Shown here in pieces: positions 1-9,331 of a stretch of DNA of 38,350 nucleotides. Position 1 is the first letter of the stretch, and each line of letters begins with the position of its first letter. The translations under genes were made by a program, and so were the position numbers. Source of the DNA: an uncultured Oscillospiraceae bacterium (GTDB lineage Bacteria; Bacillota; Clostridia; Acetivibrionales; DTU013); assembly GCA_964349435.1 (NCBI GenBank), contig CAYGHY010000002.1:1-38350 (forward strand), written 5' to 3'. The notes below the pieces were generated by a model. That model searched no databases. It had not been told where the DNA came from and saw only the letters and a list, made by a program, of their open reading frames with translations.

Positions 1-37
1 GCAGCATATTTAGTATACTAATACTGAGGTGTTGTAT

Positions 38-670
38 ATGCAATATTATTCAATAGGAGAATTTGGGGAATTGATTGGGGTAACTCAACAAACCCTTAGA
101 AACTGGGATAAGGTTGGGAAACTAAAGCCGTGTCATATAGGAAAAAGTGGTTACAGGTATTACTCCCAACAGCAACTCCAATATTATTTAGGGCTTAAAG
201 GCGAAAATCCAGTAAATAAGATAGTAGTAGGCTATTGCAGAGTATCGAGCAACAAGCAGAAAGATGATCTTGTAAGGCAAGTTGAGAATGTAAAATCATA
301 CATGATAGCAAAGGGATATTCTTTTCAGGTTGTTACAGATATAGGTAGTGGTATAAACTATAACAAAAAAGGACTTAATCAGTTAATTGACATGGTTGTA
401 GCTTCTGAGGTTGAAAGGATAGTTATTTTGTATAAGGATAGGTTGTTAAGATTTGGGTATGAACTTATTGAAAACCTGTGCAATAAATACGGAACAGCTA
501 TTGAAATCATAGACAATACAGAGAAACCCGAAGAGCAGGAATTGGTTGAAGATTTAGTCCGGATTGTGACTGTATTCAGTTGCAAATTGCAGGGTAAAAG
601 AGCCAATAAAGCCAGGAAGATGATAAAGGAGTTGTTGGAAGATGATAACAACAATGAAAGTCAGGCTTGA
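38..670 (+). CDS. tnpA: IS607-family serine recombinase/transposase TnpA (MerR-like HTH plus resolvase catalytic domain)
   Basis: N-terminal HTH YSIGEFGELIGVTQQTLRNWDKVGKL. Resolvase motif VVGYCRVSSNKQKDDLVRQ with a nucleophile Ser. The ATG at 38 is preceded by GAGGTG; the track ORF starts at GTG 29. Confidence 0.9.
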   Translation: MQYYSIGEFGELIGVTQQTLRNWDKVGKLKPCHIGKSGYRYYSQQQLQYYLGLKGENPVNKIVVGYCRVSSNKQKDDLVRQVENVKSYMIAKGYSFQVVTDIGSGINYNKKGLNQLIDMVVASEVERIVILYKDRLLRFGYELIENLCNKYGTAIEIIDNTEKPEEQELVEDLVRIVTVFSCKLQGKRANKARKMIKELLEDDNNNESQA

Positions 671-1769
671 GCCGAATAATGAGCAAATGTCCAAATTATT
701 TCAAAGTGCTGGTACTGCACGATGGGCATATAACTGGGCGCTTGGGAGACAAGAAGAAATTTACAAAAACGGCGGCAAGTTTATAAGCGACAGTGACCTT
801 CGGAAAGAGTTGACACAGCTAAAGAAAACGGAAGAGCTAAAATGGCTGAATAACTGCAGCAACAATATAACAAAGCAAGCCATAAAAGATGCTTGTGATG
901 CATATTGCAAGTTTTTCAAAGGGTTATCCAAAAAGCCTAAATTCAAAAGCAAGAAGAAAAGTCCACCTAAATTTTATCAGGATACAGAAAAGATAAAATT
1001 CCAATGTGGCAAGGTTAGGCTTGAAAAGATAGGGTGGGTGAATCTTTCAGAGAAAGACAGAATACCAGAAAACGCAAAATATACAAACCCAAGGGTAAAG
1101 TTTGATGGTGTTCACTGGTATGTAACAGTTGGCATTGAAGTTGAGCAAGCGCCTGTAGAGTTAACAGGGGAAAGCATTGGAATAGATGTTGGTATTAAGG
1201 ATTTGGCGATATGCTCCAATGTCGAAGAACCGTACAGAAACATTAACAAAACCAAAAAGGTCAAGAAACTTGAAAAGAAACTCCGCAGGTTACAGCGTAG
1301 AGTTTCTAACAAATATGAAAAAAATAAAGAAGGGAGAAAATACGTTAAAACAAGTAACATTGTAAAACTTGAAAAGAGCATTAGAAAGTTGCACAAACGT
1401 CTTGATAACATCAGAACAGACAACAGACAAAAAGTAACTACAGAAATAGCAAAAACCAAGCCATCGAGAGTAGTTATGGAAAGTTTGAATGTCAGCGGTA
1501 TGATGAAAACCAAACACTTATCCAAAGCAATTGCACAGCAGGGTTTATACGAATTCAAGCAAATGATGCAGTATAAATGCAATCGTCAAAGCACTGAATT
1601 TGTAGAAGCAGACAAGTGGTATCCGTCATCAAAGACCTGTTCAGAATGTGGGCATGTGAAAACCAAACTGTCACTATCTGAACGAGTATTTGAATGCGAA
1701 TGTTGCGGAGCTGTAATAGATAGGGATAAGAACGCTGCTATTAATTTATCAAGATTCAAAGCATCATAG
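642..1769 (+). CDS. tnpB: TnpB (OrfB) RNA-guided RuvC-like nuclease of IS605/IS607 elements
   Basis: RuvC triad candidates are present: D in IGIDVGIKDLA, E in VVMESLNVSGM, D in VIDRDKNAAINL. C-terminal zinc ribbon CSECGH...CECCG. Overlaps the tnpA 3' end by 29 nt. Confidence 0.9.
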   Translation: MITTMKVRLEPNNEQMSKLFQSAGTARWAYNWALGRQEEIYKNGGKFISDSDLRKELTQLKKTEELKWLNNCSNNITKQAIKDACDAYCKFFKGLSKKPKFKSKKKSPPKFYQDTEKIKFQCGKVRLEKIGWVNLSEKDRIPENAKYTNPRVKFDGVHWYVTVGIEVEQAPVELTGESIGIDVGIKDLAICSNVEEPYRNINKTKKVKKLEKKLRRLQRRVSNKYEKNKEGRKYVKTSNIVKLEKSIRKLHKRLDNIRTDNRQKVTTEIAKTKPSRVVMESLNVSGMMKTKHLSKAIAQQGLYEFKQMMQYKCNRQSTEFVEADKWYPSSKTCSECGHVKTKLSLSERVFECECCGAVIDRDKNAAINLSRFKAS

Positions 1770-1925
1770 GTCACGAAAACGAAATATGATGCTGTGTACC
1801 GTGAGTTACACGGGAATTGAAGCCTCTGGAGTGTTATATCAAACGATAGTAGGTACGCCGAGGTCGGACACGATGAATGAGGAAGCATACATAAACTTTT
1901 ATAATGTGTTTATAGAGTTTTATAA
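1650..1925 (+). ncRNA. Candidate TnpB omega-RNA (reRNA) scaffold overlapping the tnpB 3' end and the IS right end. Boundaries are not determined.
   Basis: Position expected from known TnpB systems. Local hairpins at ccgtg-agtta-cacgg (1799-1813) and ccg-aggt-cgg (about 1858-1867). No covariance-model search was possible. Confidence 0.3.
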
Positions 1926-3242
<1,317 letters not shown>

Positions 3243-3254
3243 GAGATTTTCAAC

Positions 3255-3292
3255 CCGGTTCTCCCGCTGTTATTTCAGCGGCTGCCGGTTTT
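3255..3292 (+). terminator. Rho-independent terminator after metY
   Basis: CCGG-ttctc-CCGCTG / loop ttattt / CAGCGG-ctg-CCGG followed by TTTTG. Confidence 0.6.
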
Positions 3293-3352
3293 GCAGGTAG
3301 ACAAATGAATTCACTGAGGTTTAAATCTTGAGCGATGTGAATTTTTCTTGAA

Positions 3353-3389
3353 GCATAGGAATTTATAAAATTCCTAAAAATTCCTATGC
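3353..3389. promoter_or_regulatory. Perfect 12-bp inverted repeat gcATAGGAATTT-N13-AAATTCCTATgc, with a third aaattcct copy in the spacer. Candidate operator or alternative RNA hairpins.
   Basis: Arms at 3353-3364 and 3378-3389 are exact reverse complements. aggaattt (3357-3364) can alternatively pair with aaattcct at 3368-3375. Confidence 0.5.
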
Positions 3390-3397
3390 CGGGGTTT

Positions 3398-3418
3398 GGA
3401 AAGGGGACTCCCCTTTCC
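3398..3418 (+). other. GC-rich 9-bp stem-loop ggaaagggg-act-cccctttcc in the metI leader (possible attenuator or terminator)
   Basis: Perfect 9-bp stem with a 3-nt loop, followed by cggttt (a short U tract only). Confidence 0.4.
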
Positions 3419-3440
3419 CGGTTTAAGGAGGGTGCTCAGG

Positions 3441-3521
3441 ATGCAAAATAAAGCTATAAGGCATCCGTCGAAGGGAACCATAGGGTTCCAAAGCGAACAA
3501 GATAAATTCGCTTATGTTTAA
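3441..3521 (+). CDS. Candidate 26-aa upstream ORF (MQNKAIRHPSKGTIGFQSEQDKFAYV) in the metI leader
   Basis: Strong SD AAGGAGGG 8 nt upstream of ATG 3441. Below the 60-aa cutoff of the ORF track. No homology is recognisable by eye. Confidence 0.25.
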   Translation: MQNKAIRHPSKGTIGFQSEQDKFAYV

Positions 3522-3550
3522 GTCATGAGCGAAGCGAATTTTCTTGAGGG
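3492..3550 (+). repeat. Dispersed intergenic repeat family R, copy 1. The homologue is at 33732-33787 and a partial copy at 3328-3352.
   Basis: About 80% identity by hand alignment: agcgaac.aga.aa.ttcgct.atgt..aag..at.agc.aagcga.ttttcttga. Contains two mutually exclusive hairpins (3492-3497/3507-3512 versus 3504-3512/3533-3541). Confidence 0.6.
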
Positions 3551-3562
3551 AAAGCTGAGTAT

Positions 3563-4738
3563 TTGATTAAAGGGGATGTGTATACTATTGGGAATGAAAG
3601 AGTGTTAAGCATTGAAACAAAAGTGGTTCACGGCAGCAAAGGCTTTGACCCCCATACCGGCGCAGTGAGCTATCCGATATACCAGAGTGCCACCTTCAGG
3701 CATCCTGGCCTATATCAGACAACAGGATATGATTACTCAAGGCTCCAGAACCCCACCAGAGAGGAGCTTGAAAATACAATTGCAATCATGGAAAGTGGGA
3801 TATCCGGCTTTGCTTTCTCAAGCGGAATGGCGGCGGAGACTGCCATACTGTCTCTTTTTTCGCCCGGAGATCATATCATTGTTTCAGATGATCTGTATGG
3901 AGGCACCTACAGGCTTTTTGAGGAAATATACGGAAAGTCCGGGCTGGAATTTACATATGTGGACACCGGCAAAGTTAGTGAGATAGAGGGTGCAATAAAG
4001 AGAAACAGCAAGGCGTTTTTTATAGAAACACCCACCAATCCTATGATGAAAGTAGCAGATCTGAAAAAGATATCGGAGCTGTCAAAAAGTCTGAGAATGC
4101 TCCTGATTGTGGATAATACTTTTTTGTCACCGTATTTTCAAAGACCTCTGGAACTGGGTGCAGACATCACACTGCACAGCGGGACAAAATTCCTCGGCGG
4201 TCATAATGACACGCTAGCGGGCTTAATTGCCGTCAACAGCTCTGCTCTTTCAGAAAGACTCAAGTTCATACAAAAATCCACCGGAGCCGTGCTTTCACCC
4301 TTTGACAGCTGGCTCATTCTGAGAGGCATTAAAACTCTAGCGGTAAGAATGGAAAAGCAGCAGGAAAATGCCCTGAAAATAGCAAAATGGCTGAGAAGGC
4401 ATAAAAAAGTGGAAAAGGTGTACTACGTCGGCCTTCCGGAGCATGAAGGCCATGAGTTGTCCAAGGCGCAAGCCTCCGGCTTCGGTTCAATGATTTCCTT
4501 CTCCGTAAAGGATAAGGATTTGATAGAAAAGATCCTGGAAAGGGTTCGTGTAGTTATATTTGCAGAAAGTCTGGGGGGAGTTGAGTCGTTGATTACCTAT
4601 CCCATAGTGCAAACACACTCAGCCATTCCTGAAAGCATGCGGGAAAGAATCGGCGTAACGGACAGGCTTCTTAGGCTGTCGGTTGGCATTGAAGCGGCGG
4701 GGGATCTTATTGCCGACCTGGAGCAGGCAATGGGGTGA
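3563..4738 (+). CDS. metI: Cystathionine gamma-synthase / O-acetylhomoserine thiolyase-like PLP enzyme (resembles B. subtilis MetI)
   Basis: YPIYQSATF..NPTR..SSGMAA..DDLYGGTYRLF..HSGTKFLGGHNDTLAGL..FAESLGGVESLITYP. Start is uncertain (TTG 3563 with GAGGGAAAG upstream; GTG 3602 is also possible). Confidence 0.85.
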   Translation: MIKGDVYTIGNERVLSIETKVVHGSKGFDPHTGAVSYPIYQSATFRHPGLYQTTGYDYSRLQNPTREELENTIAIMESGISGFAFSSGMAAETAILSLFSPGDHIIVSDDLYGGTYRLFEEIYGKSGLEFTYVDTGKVSEIEGAIKRNSKAFFIETPTNPMMKVADLKKISELSKSLRMLLIVDNTFLSPYFQRPLELGADITLHSGTKFLGGHNDTLAGLIAVNSSALSERLKFIQKSTGAVLSPFDSWLILRGIKTLAVRMEKQQENALKIAKWLRRHKKVEKVYYVGLPEHEGHELSKAQASGFGSMISFSVKDKDLIEKILERVRVVIFAESLGGVESLITYPIVQTHSAIPESMRERIGVTDRLLRLSVGIEAAGDLIADLEQAMG

Positions 4739-4804
4739 AAAAGCGTGATAAGCGGCAGCATCTGACACATTTGCTCTCATTTTTTGTATATTGGAGTGAT
4801 GTAA

Positions 4805-5947
4805 TTGAAATTTGGCACAAAACTGATTCATAACGGAAATGATACCGACAAGTCAACCGGCGCATTAAGCATACCGATTTACCAAGCCTCTACTTATCAC
4901 CAGGCGGACATAGACAATCCGCAAGAATTTGATTATTCGCGCTCCGGCAATCCGACGCGCAAGGCACTGGAAAATACGATTGCCATTCTTGAGGGAGGAA
5001 ACAGGGGCTTTGCTTTCTCTTCAGGAATGGCGGCCACATCCTCCGTACTCTCCATTTTTGCGGCAGGCGATCATGTGATAGTCTGTGAAGATGTTTATGG
5101 CGGCACATATCGCATCTCCGCCACCTTTTTCAAACGCTTCAATCTAGAGGTGACCTTTGTAGATGCGACTGACCTGGATAACATCAGCAGAAGCATTAAA
5201 GGTAATACTAAAGCCGTGTTTCTGGAAACACCCTCAAACCCTTTGCTGAAAATAACTGATCTGAGGGGAGCAGTAGCGGTAGCAAAAAAGCATGGCCTTC
5301 TGACGATAGTCGACAATACGTTCATGTCGCCCTATCTGCAAAGACCTTTGGAGCTCGGTATTGACATTGTGATTCACAGCGCAACCAAGTTCATCGGGGG
5401 GCATAGCGATGTAATTGCCGGCCTTACGGCTGTGAAGGAGGACGAACTGGCCAGAAGGATTTATTCTGTTCAGAATAGCTTTGGAGCAATTCTGGGACCT
5501 CAGGACAGCTGGCTTATCATGAGGGGTATCAAGACGCTAAAGGTCAGGCTTGATTACCAGCAGCGGAATGCACAGGCACTTGCCGTGTGGCTTGATCAGC
5601 ACAGAAGCGTAACTGAGGTATATTATCCGGGGCTTCAAAACCATAAGGGAAGGGATATACATTATTCGCAGTCTGACGGTGCGGGAGCTGTTCTTTCGTT
5701 TAAAACAGCTGCTCAGGAAACAGCCCTTAGCTTTATGAAAAATGTAAGAATGGCAGCAGTTGCAGTAAGTCTGGGTGGTGTGGAGACAATCGTATCCTAC
5801 CCCGCCAGAATGTCCCATGCATCAATCGCAAGGAGGGAAAGGGAACGGCTGGGGATCACGGACACTTTGATTAGGGTGTCCGTTGGCTTGGAAGACCTTG
5901 AGGATCTGCTTGAAGACTTTGATCATGCCTTGAACACTGACCAATAG
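4805..5947 (+). CDS. metC: Cystathionine beta-lyase-like PLP enzyme (resembles B. subtilis MetC)
   Basis: MKFGTKLIHNG N-terminus, [18 protein letters not shown]-terminus SLGGVETIVSYPARMSHASI..LGITDTLIRVSVGLEDLEDLLEDF. TTG start with GGAG upstream. Confidence 0.85.
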   Translation: MKFGTKLIHNGNDTDKSTGALSIPIYQASTYHQADIDNPQEFDYSRSGNPTRKALENTIAILEGGNRGFAFSSGMAATSSVLSIFAAGDHVIVCEDVYGGTYRISATFFKRFNLEVTFVDATDLDNISRSIKGNTKAVFLETPSNPLLKITDLRGAVAVAKKHGLLTIVDNTFMSPYLQRPLELGIDIVIHSATKFIGGHSDVIAGLTAVKEDELARRIYSVQNSFGAILGPQDSWLIMRGIKTLKVRLDYQQRNAQALAVWLDQHRSVTEVYYPGLQNHKGRDIHYSQSDGAGAVLSFKTAAQETALSFMKNVRMAAVAVSLGGVETIVSYPARMSHASIARRERERLGITDTLIRVSVGLEDLEDLLEDFDHALNTDQ

Positions 5948-5972
5948 TAAAAGAATATTTTCTCGAAATGTA

Positions 5973-6001
5973 TTGACAGTAGTGACCGCAAGGAATAAAC
6001 T
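5973..6001 (+). promoter_or_regulatory. Sigma-A type promoter for cysK (TTGACA-17 nt-TAAACT)
   Basis: TTGACA at 5973-5978, a 17-nt spacer, TAAACT at 5996-6001. Confidence 0.55.
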
Positions 6002-6013
6002 GTTATTAACAAA

Positions 6014-6040
6014 TTAAACATATACGAATAGTAGGAATTA
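6014..6040 (+). promoter_or_regulatory. Candidate CymR-like (Rrf2 family) box ending in GTAGGAATTA between the cysK promoter and RBS
   Basis: ttaaacatatacgaatagtaggaatta matches most specified positions of the B. subtilis CymR box as I recall it (TAAWNCN2ANTWNAN3ATMGGAATTW). It shares the AGGAATT core with 3353-3389. Confidence 0.3.
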
Positions 6041-6059
6041 TATTTATGGAGGCGATCTA

Positions 6060-6998
6060 ATGTCTAAAATTGCTAAGAATCTGACCGATCTTATAGGAAA
6101 CACCCCTTTGTTGGAGCTTTCGAACTACAACAAGCTTAACAGACTGCATGCAACGGTTATCGCAAAGCTGGAATACTTTAACCCCGCTTCGAGTGTAAAA
6201 GACAGAATTGGCTATGCCATGATCAGAGATGCTGAGGAGAAGGGCCTGATAAACAAGGACACGGTTATTATAGAACCGTCCAGCGGCAATACGGGCATCG
6301 CGCTTGCATTTGTAGCCGCCGCAAAGGGCTATAAGCTTATTATCACTTTGCCGGAGACCTTCAGCATAGAAAGAAGGAATCTAATGAAGGCGCTGGGTGC
6401 CGAACTGGTGCTGACGCCTGGTGCGGAAGGCATGCCCGGTGCAATAAGAAGGGCTGAGGAGCTGGCTGCACAGACGCCGAACTCTTATATACCCCAACAA
6501 TTCAAAAATCCGGCAAATCCCGAGATCCACAGAAGGACAACTGCCGAGGAGATATGGAGAGATACGGACGGGCAGGTGGATATATTTGTGGGTGGCGTAG
6601 GTACGGGCGGCACCATCACCGGGGTGGGCGAAGTTCTGAAGCAGAGAAAGCCGGGCGTCCAAATAATTGCAGTTGAGCCCTTTGACTCACCGGTTTTGTC
6701 CGGCGGCACCAAGGGACCGCACAAAATTCAGGGAATTGGCGCAGGCTTTGTGCCGGATATCCTCAACATGAGTGTTATAGATGAGATTTACAAGGTTAAA
6801 AATGACGAAGCCTTTGATACCGCCCGAAGCCTGGCAAAAACGGAGGGTCTGCTGGTAGGGATATCCTCCGGCGCAGCTGCATTTGCAGCCGCCCAGATAG
6901 CAAAAAGGCCTGAGAACAAGGGCAAAACCATTGTAGTCCTGCTGCCCGATACAGGCGAAAGGTATTTGTCCACAGCCCTCTACCAGTTTGAAAGCTAA
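6060..6998 (+). CDS. cysK: Cysteine synthase A (O-acetylserine sulfhydrylase)
   Basis: 312 aa. PLP-lysine context [15 protein letters not shown] loop, [18 protein letters not shown]. Confidence 0.93.
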   Translation: MSKIAKNLTDLIGNTPLLELSNYNKLNRLHATVIAKLEYFNPASSVKDRIGYAMIRDAEEKGLINKDTVIIEPSSGNTGIALAFVAAAKGYKLIITLPETFSIERRNLMKALGAELVLTPGAEGMPGAIRRAEELAAQTPNSYIPQQFKNPANPEIHRRTTAEEIWRDTDGQVDIFVGGVGTGGTITGVGEVLKQRKPGVQIIAVEPFDSPVLSGGTKGPHKIQGIGAGFVPDILNMSVIDEIYKVKNDEAFDTARSLAKTEGLLVGISSGAAAFAAAQIAKRPENKGKTIVVLLPDTGERYLSTALYQFES

Positions 6999-7020
6999 CA
7001 AAAACTCTTTTATAATAAAA

Positions 7021-7260
7021 TCTTCCTGCCGTATCCCCGCAGAAGAGGCATGGCTAAAACCATACCGCTGAGGCTTAAAGAATGGGCATATAGCAATGAG
7101 CTTCAACCTTTAGCCGTCTGCCGGTACTACAATACACTTTCTCGCAAAGGCCTAGAGTCGGCAGGTATGATTGCTACATCCATAGGATATGAAGCTGTTT
7201 TGAAAGGGAAGGAAAAGCTTCCGCCCAGAGCAGGGAATCCTCCATGGGAATAGGTTGAAT
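7021..7260. ncRNA. Candidate structured non-coding region between convergent cysK and the MCP gene. Class and strand are unknown.
   Basis: 306-nt spacer with nested stems (7086-7100/7166-7181; 7116-7124/7158-7166; 7189-7194/7217-7222). No canonical terminators. Visibly less A/T-rich than the neighbouring spacers (not counted). Confidence 0.25.
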
Positions 7261-7304
7261 AATCAGCGGAATTACCGGCATTATTTAACATTGCTCAGTT
7301 ATGT

Positions 7305-9023
7305 TTATACTTTGAATTTTGCCACTAATCCAATGAGTGTGTTTGAACTTTTCATTATACTATCAGCTAGTTTAACTACATCCACGGCTTTTTCCGAAGC
7401 AATGACTGTTTTGCCTGCTATGCTTTGAGTTCCTTCCGCCGCTTCACTATTTGCGGAAGCTACCTCACTTATAGCTTCCTTCATAACATTTTGAATTAGT
7501 GAGAGAAGCTGATGCGAAGTCGAGTTCAAATCTTTGGAGGTGTCGTTGTAAAATACTGCATCTTTACAGTACTGCTCGCTTGATTGAGCCATGACCTTAT
7601 AATTGCTGATTATCTTCTCGTCAAAAAATCTCAACATGTTTTCGGAATTCTCTGAAAGATTAATAACAGCAGTGGTAATAGTGCCAATTATTCGCTTTAT
7701 CTCCTCAACTGTCTTCTTCGATGCTTCAGCAAGTTTCCTTATTTCATCAGCTACCACCGCAAAGCCTTTTCCCTTTTCACCCGCTCTGGCAGCCTCAATC
7801 GTGGCATTTAACGCCAATAAGTTTGTTTGGGCTGTTATTCTCAAAATAGATTCAGATAAAACACTTAACTGTTCTACCGCTCTTGATTGTTCTATAGCAA
7901 TGTGGAGCTTGCCATATGTTTCTACATACATATTTTCGGCCTCTTTACGCGATTCAATTATTTCATTCACTGATTTGGCCGCCCTGATACTAATTTCTTC
8001 GGCTGAGGTTACACCAGCCTGAGCTTTGTTCGCCATATACCCAATCGCATTCTCGATTTCAACAGAAATGGCATTCATTTCCTCGGCGGAGGCAGCGGTT
8101 TGTTGCATTCCTGCCGATAGATTATTTGTTGTCACAGAAATATCTTCCAGCTCATTGTTCAAAACTGTAATATCTTCACTGGCATCTGCTACATAACCGT
8201 TAACATTGGAAGTCTCATTTACTATTTCTATAATCATTTCTCTAAGGTTCAGCAGGAACTTGTTTACAGATGACGAAAGCCTTCCTACCTCGTCCCGCGA
8301 ATGAATGCATATCTCCTTGGTTAAGTCGCCTCCTCTTCGTGCAAGACTGTCAAGTTCTTTGCTCAAAATATTTACCGGATCAATTATTGACTTCGCTATC
8401 ACAATACTTAACAGAATCCCGGCAACTAGCGCCACTGTTATTAATATAAGAAATGCAAAAATGGATTTTTGATAATTATTTTCATTTTGTTCTGTAATTT
8501 GCTCAGCTATTTTGGTATTATATTCTGTTAATTCGTCGAACATTAGCTCGAATTGCCTAAAGTAAATCGTACTTCTTTCATATTCATCGAATGCTTCCTG
8601 AGCTTTACCAGACCGAGCAAGTATTATAATGTTATCCCTGGCCTTCAGAAACTTGTTTAGAGACTCATCTATCCTTGGGACTATTTGTTTTTCAAAATCC
8701 CCTAGTTTGATTTTTTTATAAGCTTCAAATTTATCTTCATATTCTTTATTGATTTCATCAATTTCACTTATATATTCCTCCTGCACATCAAGCCTGTCAG
8801 CATTCAATATTATTGACAAAAGCCCCGCTACACCCGCCTTCGAAAGAGTTCTGCACTCATTCAGCCATTGAATTGGTTTCAACCTATCAGTGTACAAACT
8901 GGTCACGTTTCTTTGAGAATTCTGTATAAAGAAATAGCCCATAAGTCCAATTCCCAATATAAATAACATAAGAATTGAGGATAACAATAATACTTTAATA
9001 GAGATTTTCATATCAGCAAACAC
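7305..9023 (-). CDS. Methyl-accepting chemotaxis protein (TM - helical-bundle sensor - TM - HAMP - MA domain)
   Basis: Signalling hairpin motif [32 protein letters not shown]. Two TM segments. GTG start with GGATGGGGGG 6 nt upstream. Confidence 0.92.
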   Translation of the reverse strand: MFADMKISIKVLLLSSILMLFILGIGLMGYFFIQNSQRNVTSLYTDRLKPIQWLNECRTLSKAGVAGLLSIILNADRLDVQEEYISEIDEINKEYEDKFEAYKKIKLGDFEKQIVPRIDESLNKFLKARDNIIILARSGKAQEAFDEYERSTIYFRQFELMFDELTEYNTKIAEQITEQNENNYQKSIFAFLILITVALVAGILLSIVIAKSIIDPVNILSKELDSLARRGGDLTKEICIHSRDEVGRLSSSVNKFLLNLREMIIEIVNETSNVNGYVADASEDITVLNNELEDISVTTNNLSAGMQQTAASAEEMNAISVEIENAIGYMANKAQAGVTSAEEISIRAAKSVNEIIESRKEAENMYVETYGKLHIAIEQSRAVEQLSVLSESILRITAQTNLLALNATIEAARAGEKGKGFAVVADEIRKLAEASKKTVEEIKRIIGTITTAVINLSENSENMLRFFDEKIISNYKVMAQSSEQYCKDAVFYNDTSKDLNSTSHQLLSLIQNVMKEAISEVASANSEAAEGTQSIAGKTVIASEKAVDVVKLADSIMKSSNTLIGLVAKFKV

Positions 9024-9221
9024 TTATGTCCCCCCATCCTATAAAAATTTCTCTCAGAAACCCTTCAGAGATTTATATTTCAAAATTTACTCCGAATTGC
9101 GAGTTTGTCTTTTCCCCCAATTCGAGCCGCATATACACCTCATCCTTACTGAAAAGCTCTTCCACAAGTCACATTACTGTAAGCCCAAAATAATTATGGC
9201 CTGTCTATATACTACGATGTA

Positions 9222-9230
9222 ATTATACCA
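9222..9230 (-). promoter_or_regulatory. Extended -10 (TGGTATAAT) candidate promoter for the MCP gene, implying a roughly 190-nt leader
   Basis: The minus strand reads tttGGTATAATtac. The -35 is weak (TTTCAT). Confidence 0.35.
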
Positions 9231-9331
9231 AATAATTCACGAATATGAAATACTTAATTAATGTTTTGTTTTTCAGTAGACGAGAGTTTGTCTGGCAATA
9301 TTTGAAGCTCAGTCTTGTCTATACCTTGTAT

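Larger units (their letters stand above)
1..1925 (+). mobile_element. IS607-family (IS200/IS605 superfamily) insertion sequence carrying tnpA (serine recombinase) and tnpB. The left end is at or beyond the window edge and the right end is approximate (1850-1930).
   Basis: Overlapping tnpA/tnpB gene pair typical of IS607. A direct-oriented GTGTT(N)TAT-like motif sits before tnpA (27-38 ggtgttgtatat) and after tnpB (1829-1840 agtgttatatca; 1905-1916 tgtgtttataga). No terminal inverted repeats were seen, as expected for serine-recombinase IS elements. Confidence 0.7.

Noticed and set aside
1900-1905. TATAAT at 1900-1905 as the metY promoter
   Set aside because: There is no acceptable -35 or TG extension 16-18 nt upstream, and it may lie inside the IS right end. 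I mention it only as a possibility in the IS finding.
3243-3562. S-box (SAM-I) or Met T-box riboswitch upstream of metI-metC
   Set aside because: I looked for the S-box core blocks and the T-box/antiterminator sequence on the sense strand and found none. This could not be confirmed without a covariance-model scan.
7050-7253. 67-aa plus-strand ORF in the cysK/MCP spacer
   Set aside because: It has no Shine-Dalgarno sequence and no recognisable protein motif, and it lies entirely within a region better explained by RNA secondary structure. I treat it as non-coding.
7000-7304. Antisense S-box/T-box leader downstream of the sulfur cluster, as in the Clostridium acetobutylicum ubiG-mccBA operon
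   Set aside because: I reverse-complemented the spacer and found no ATCAAGAG/GAGGGA/GCAACC S-box blocks. The only T-box-like string is weak (GTAGTACCGG versus GGTGGTACCGCG) and lacks the UGG bulge. The evidence is insufficient.
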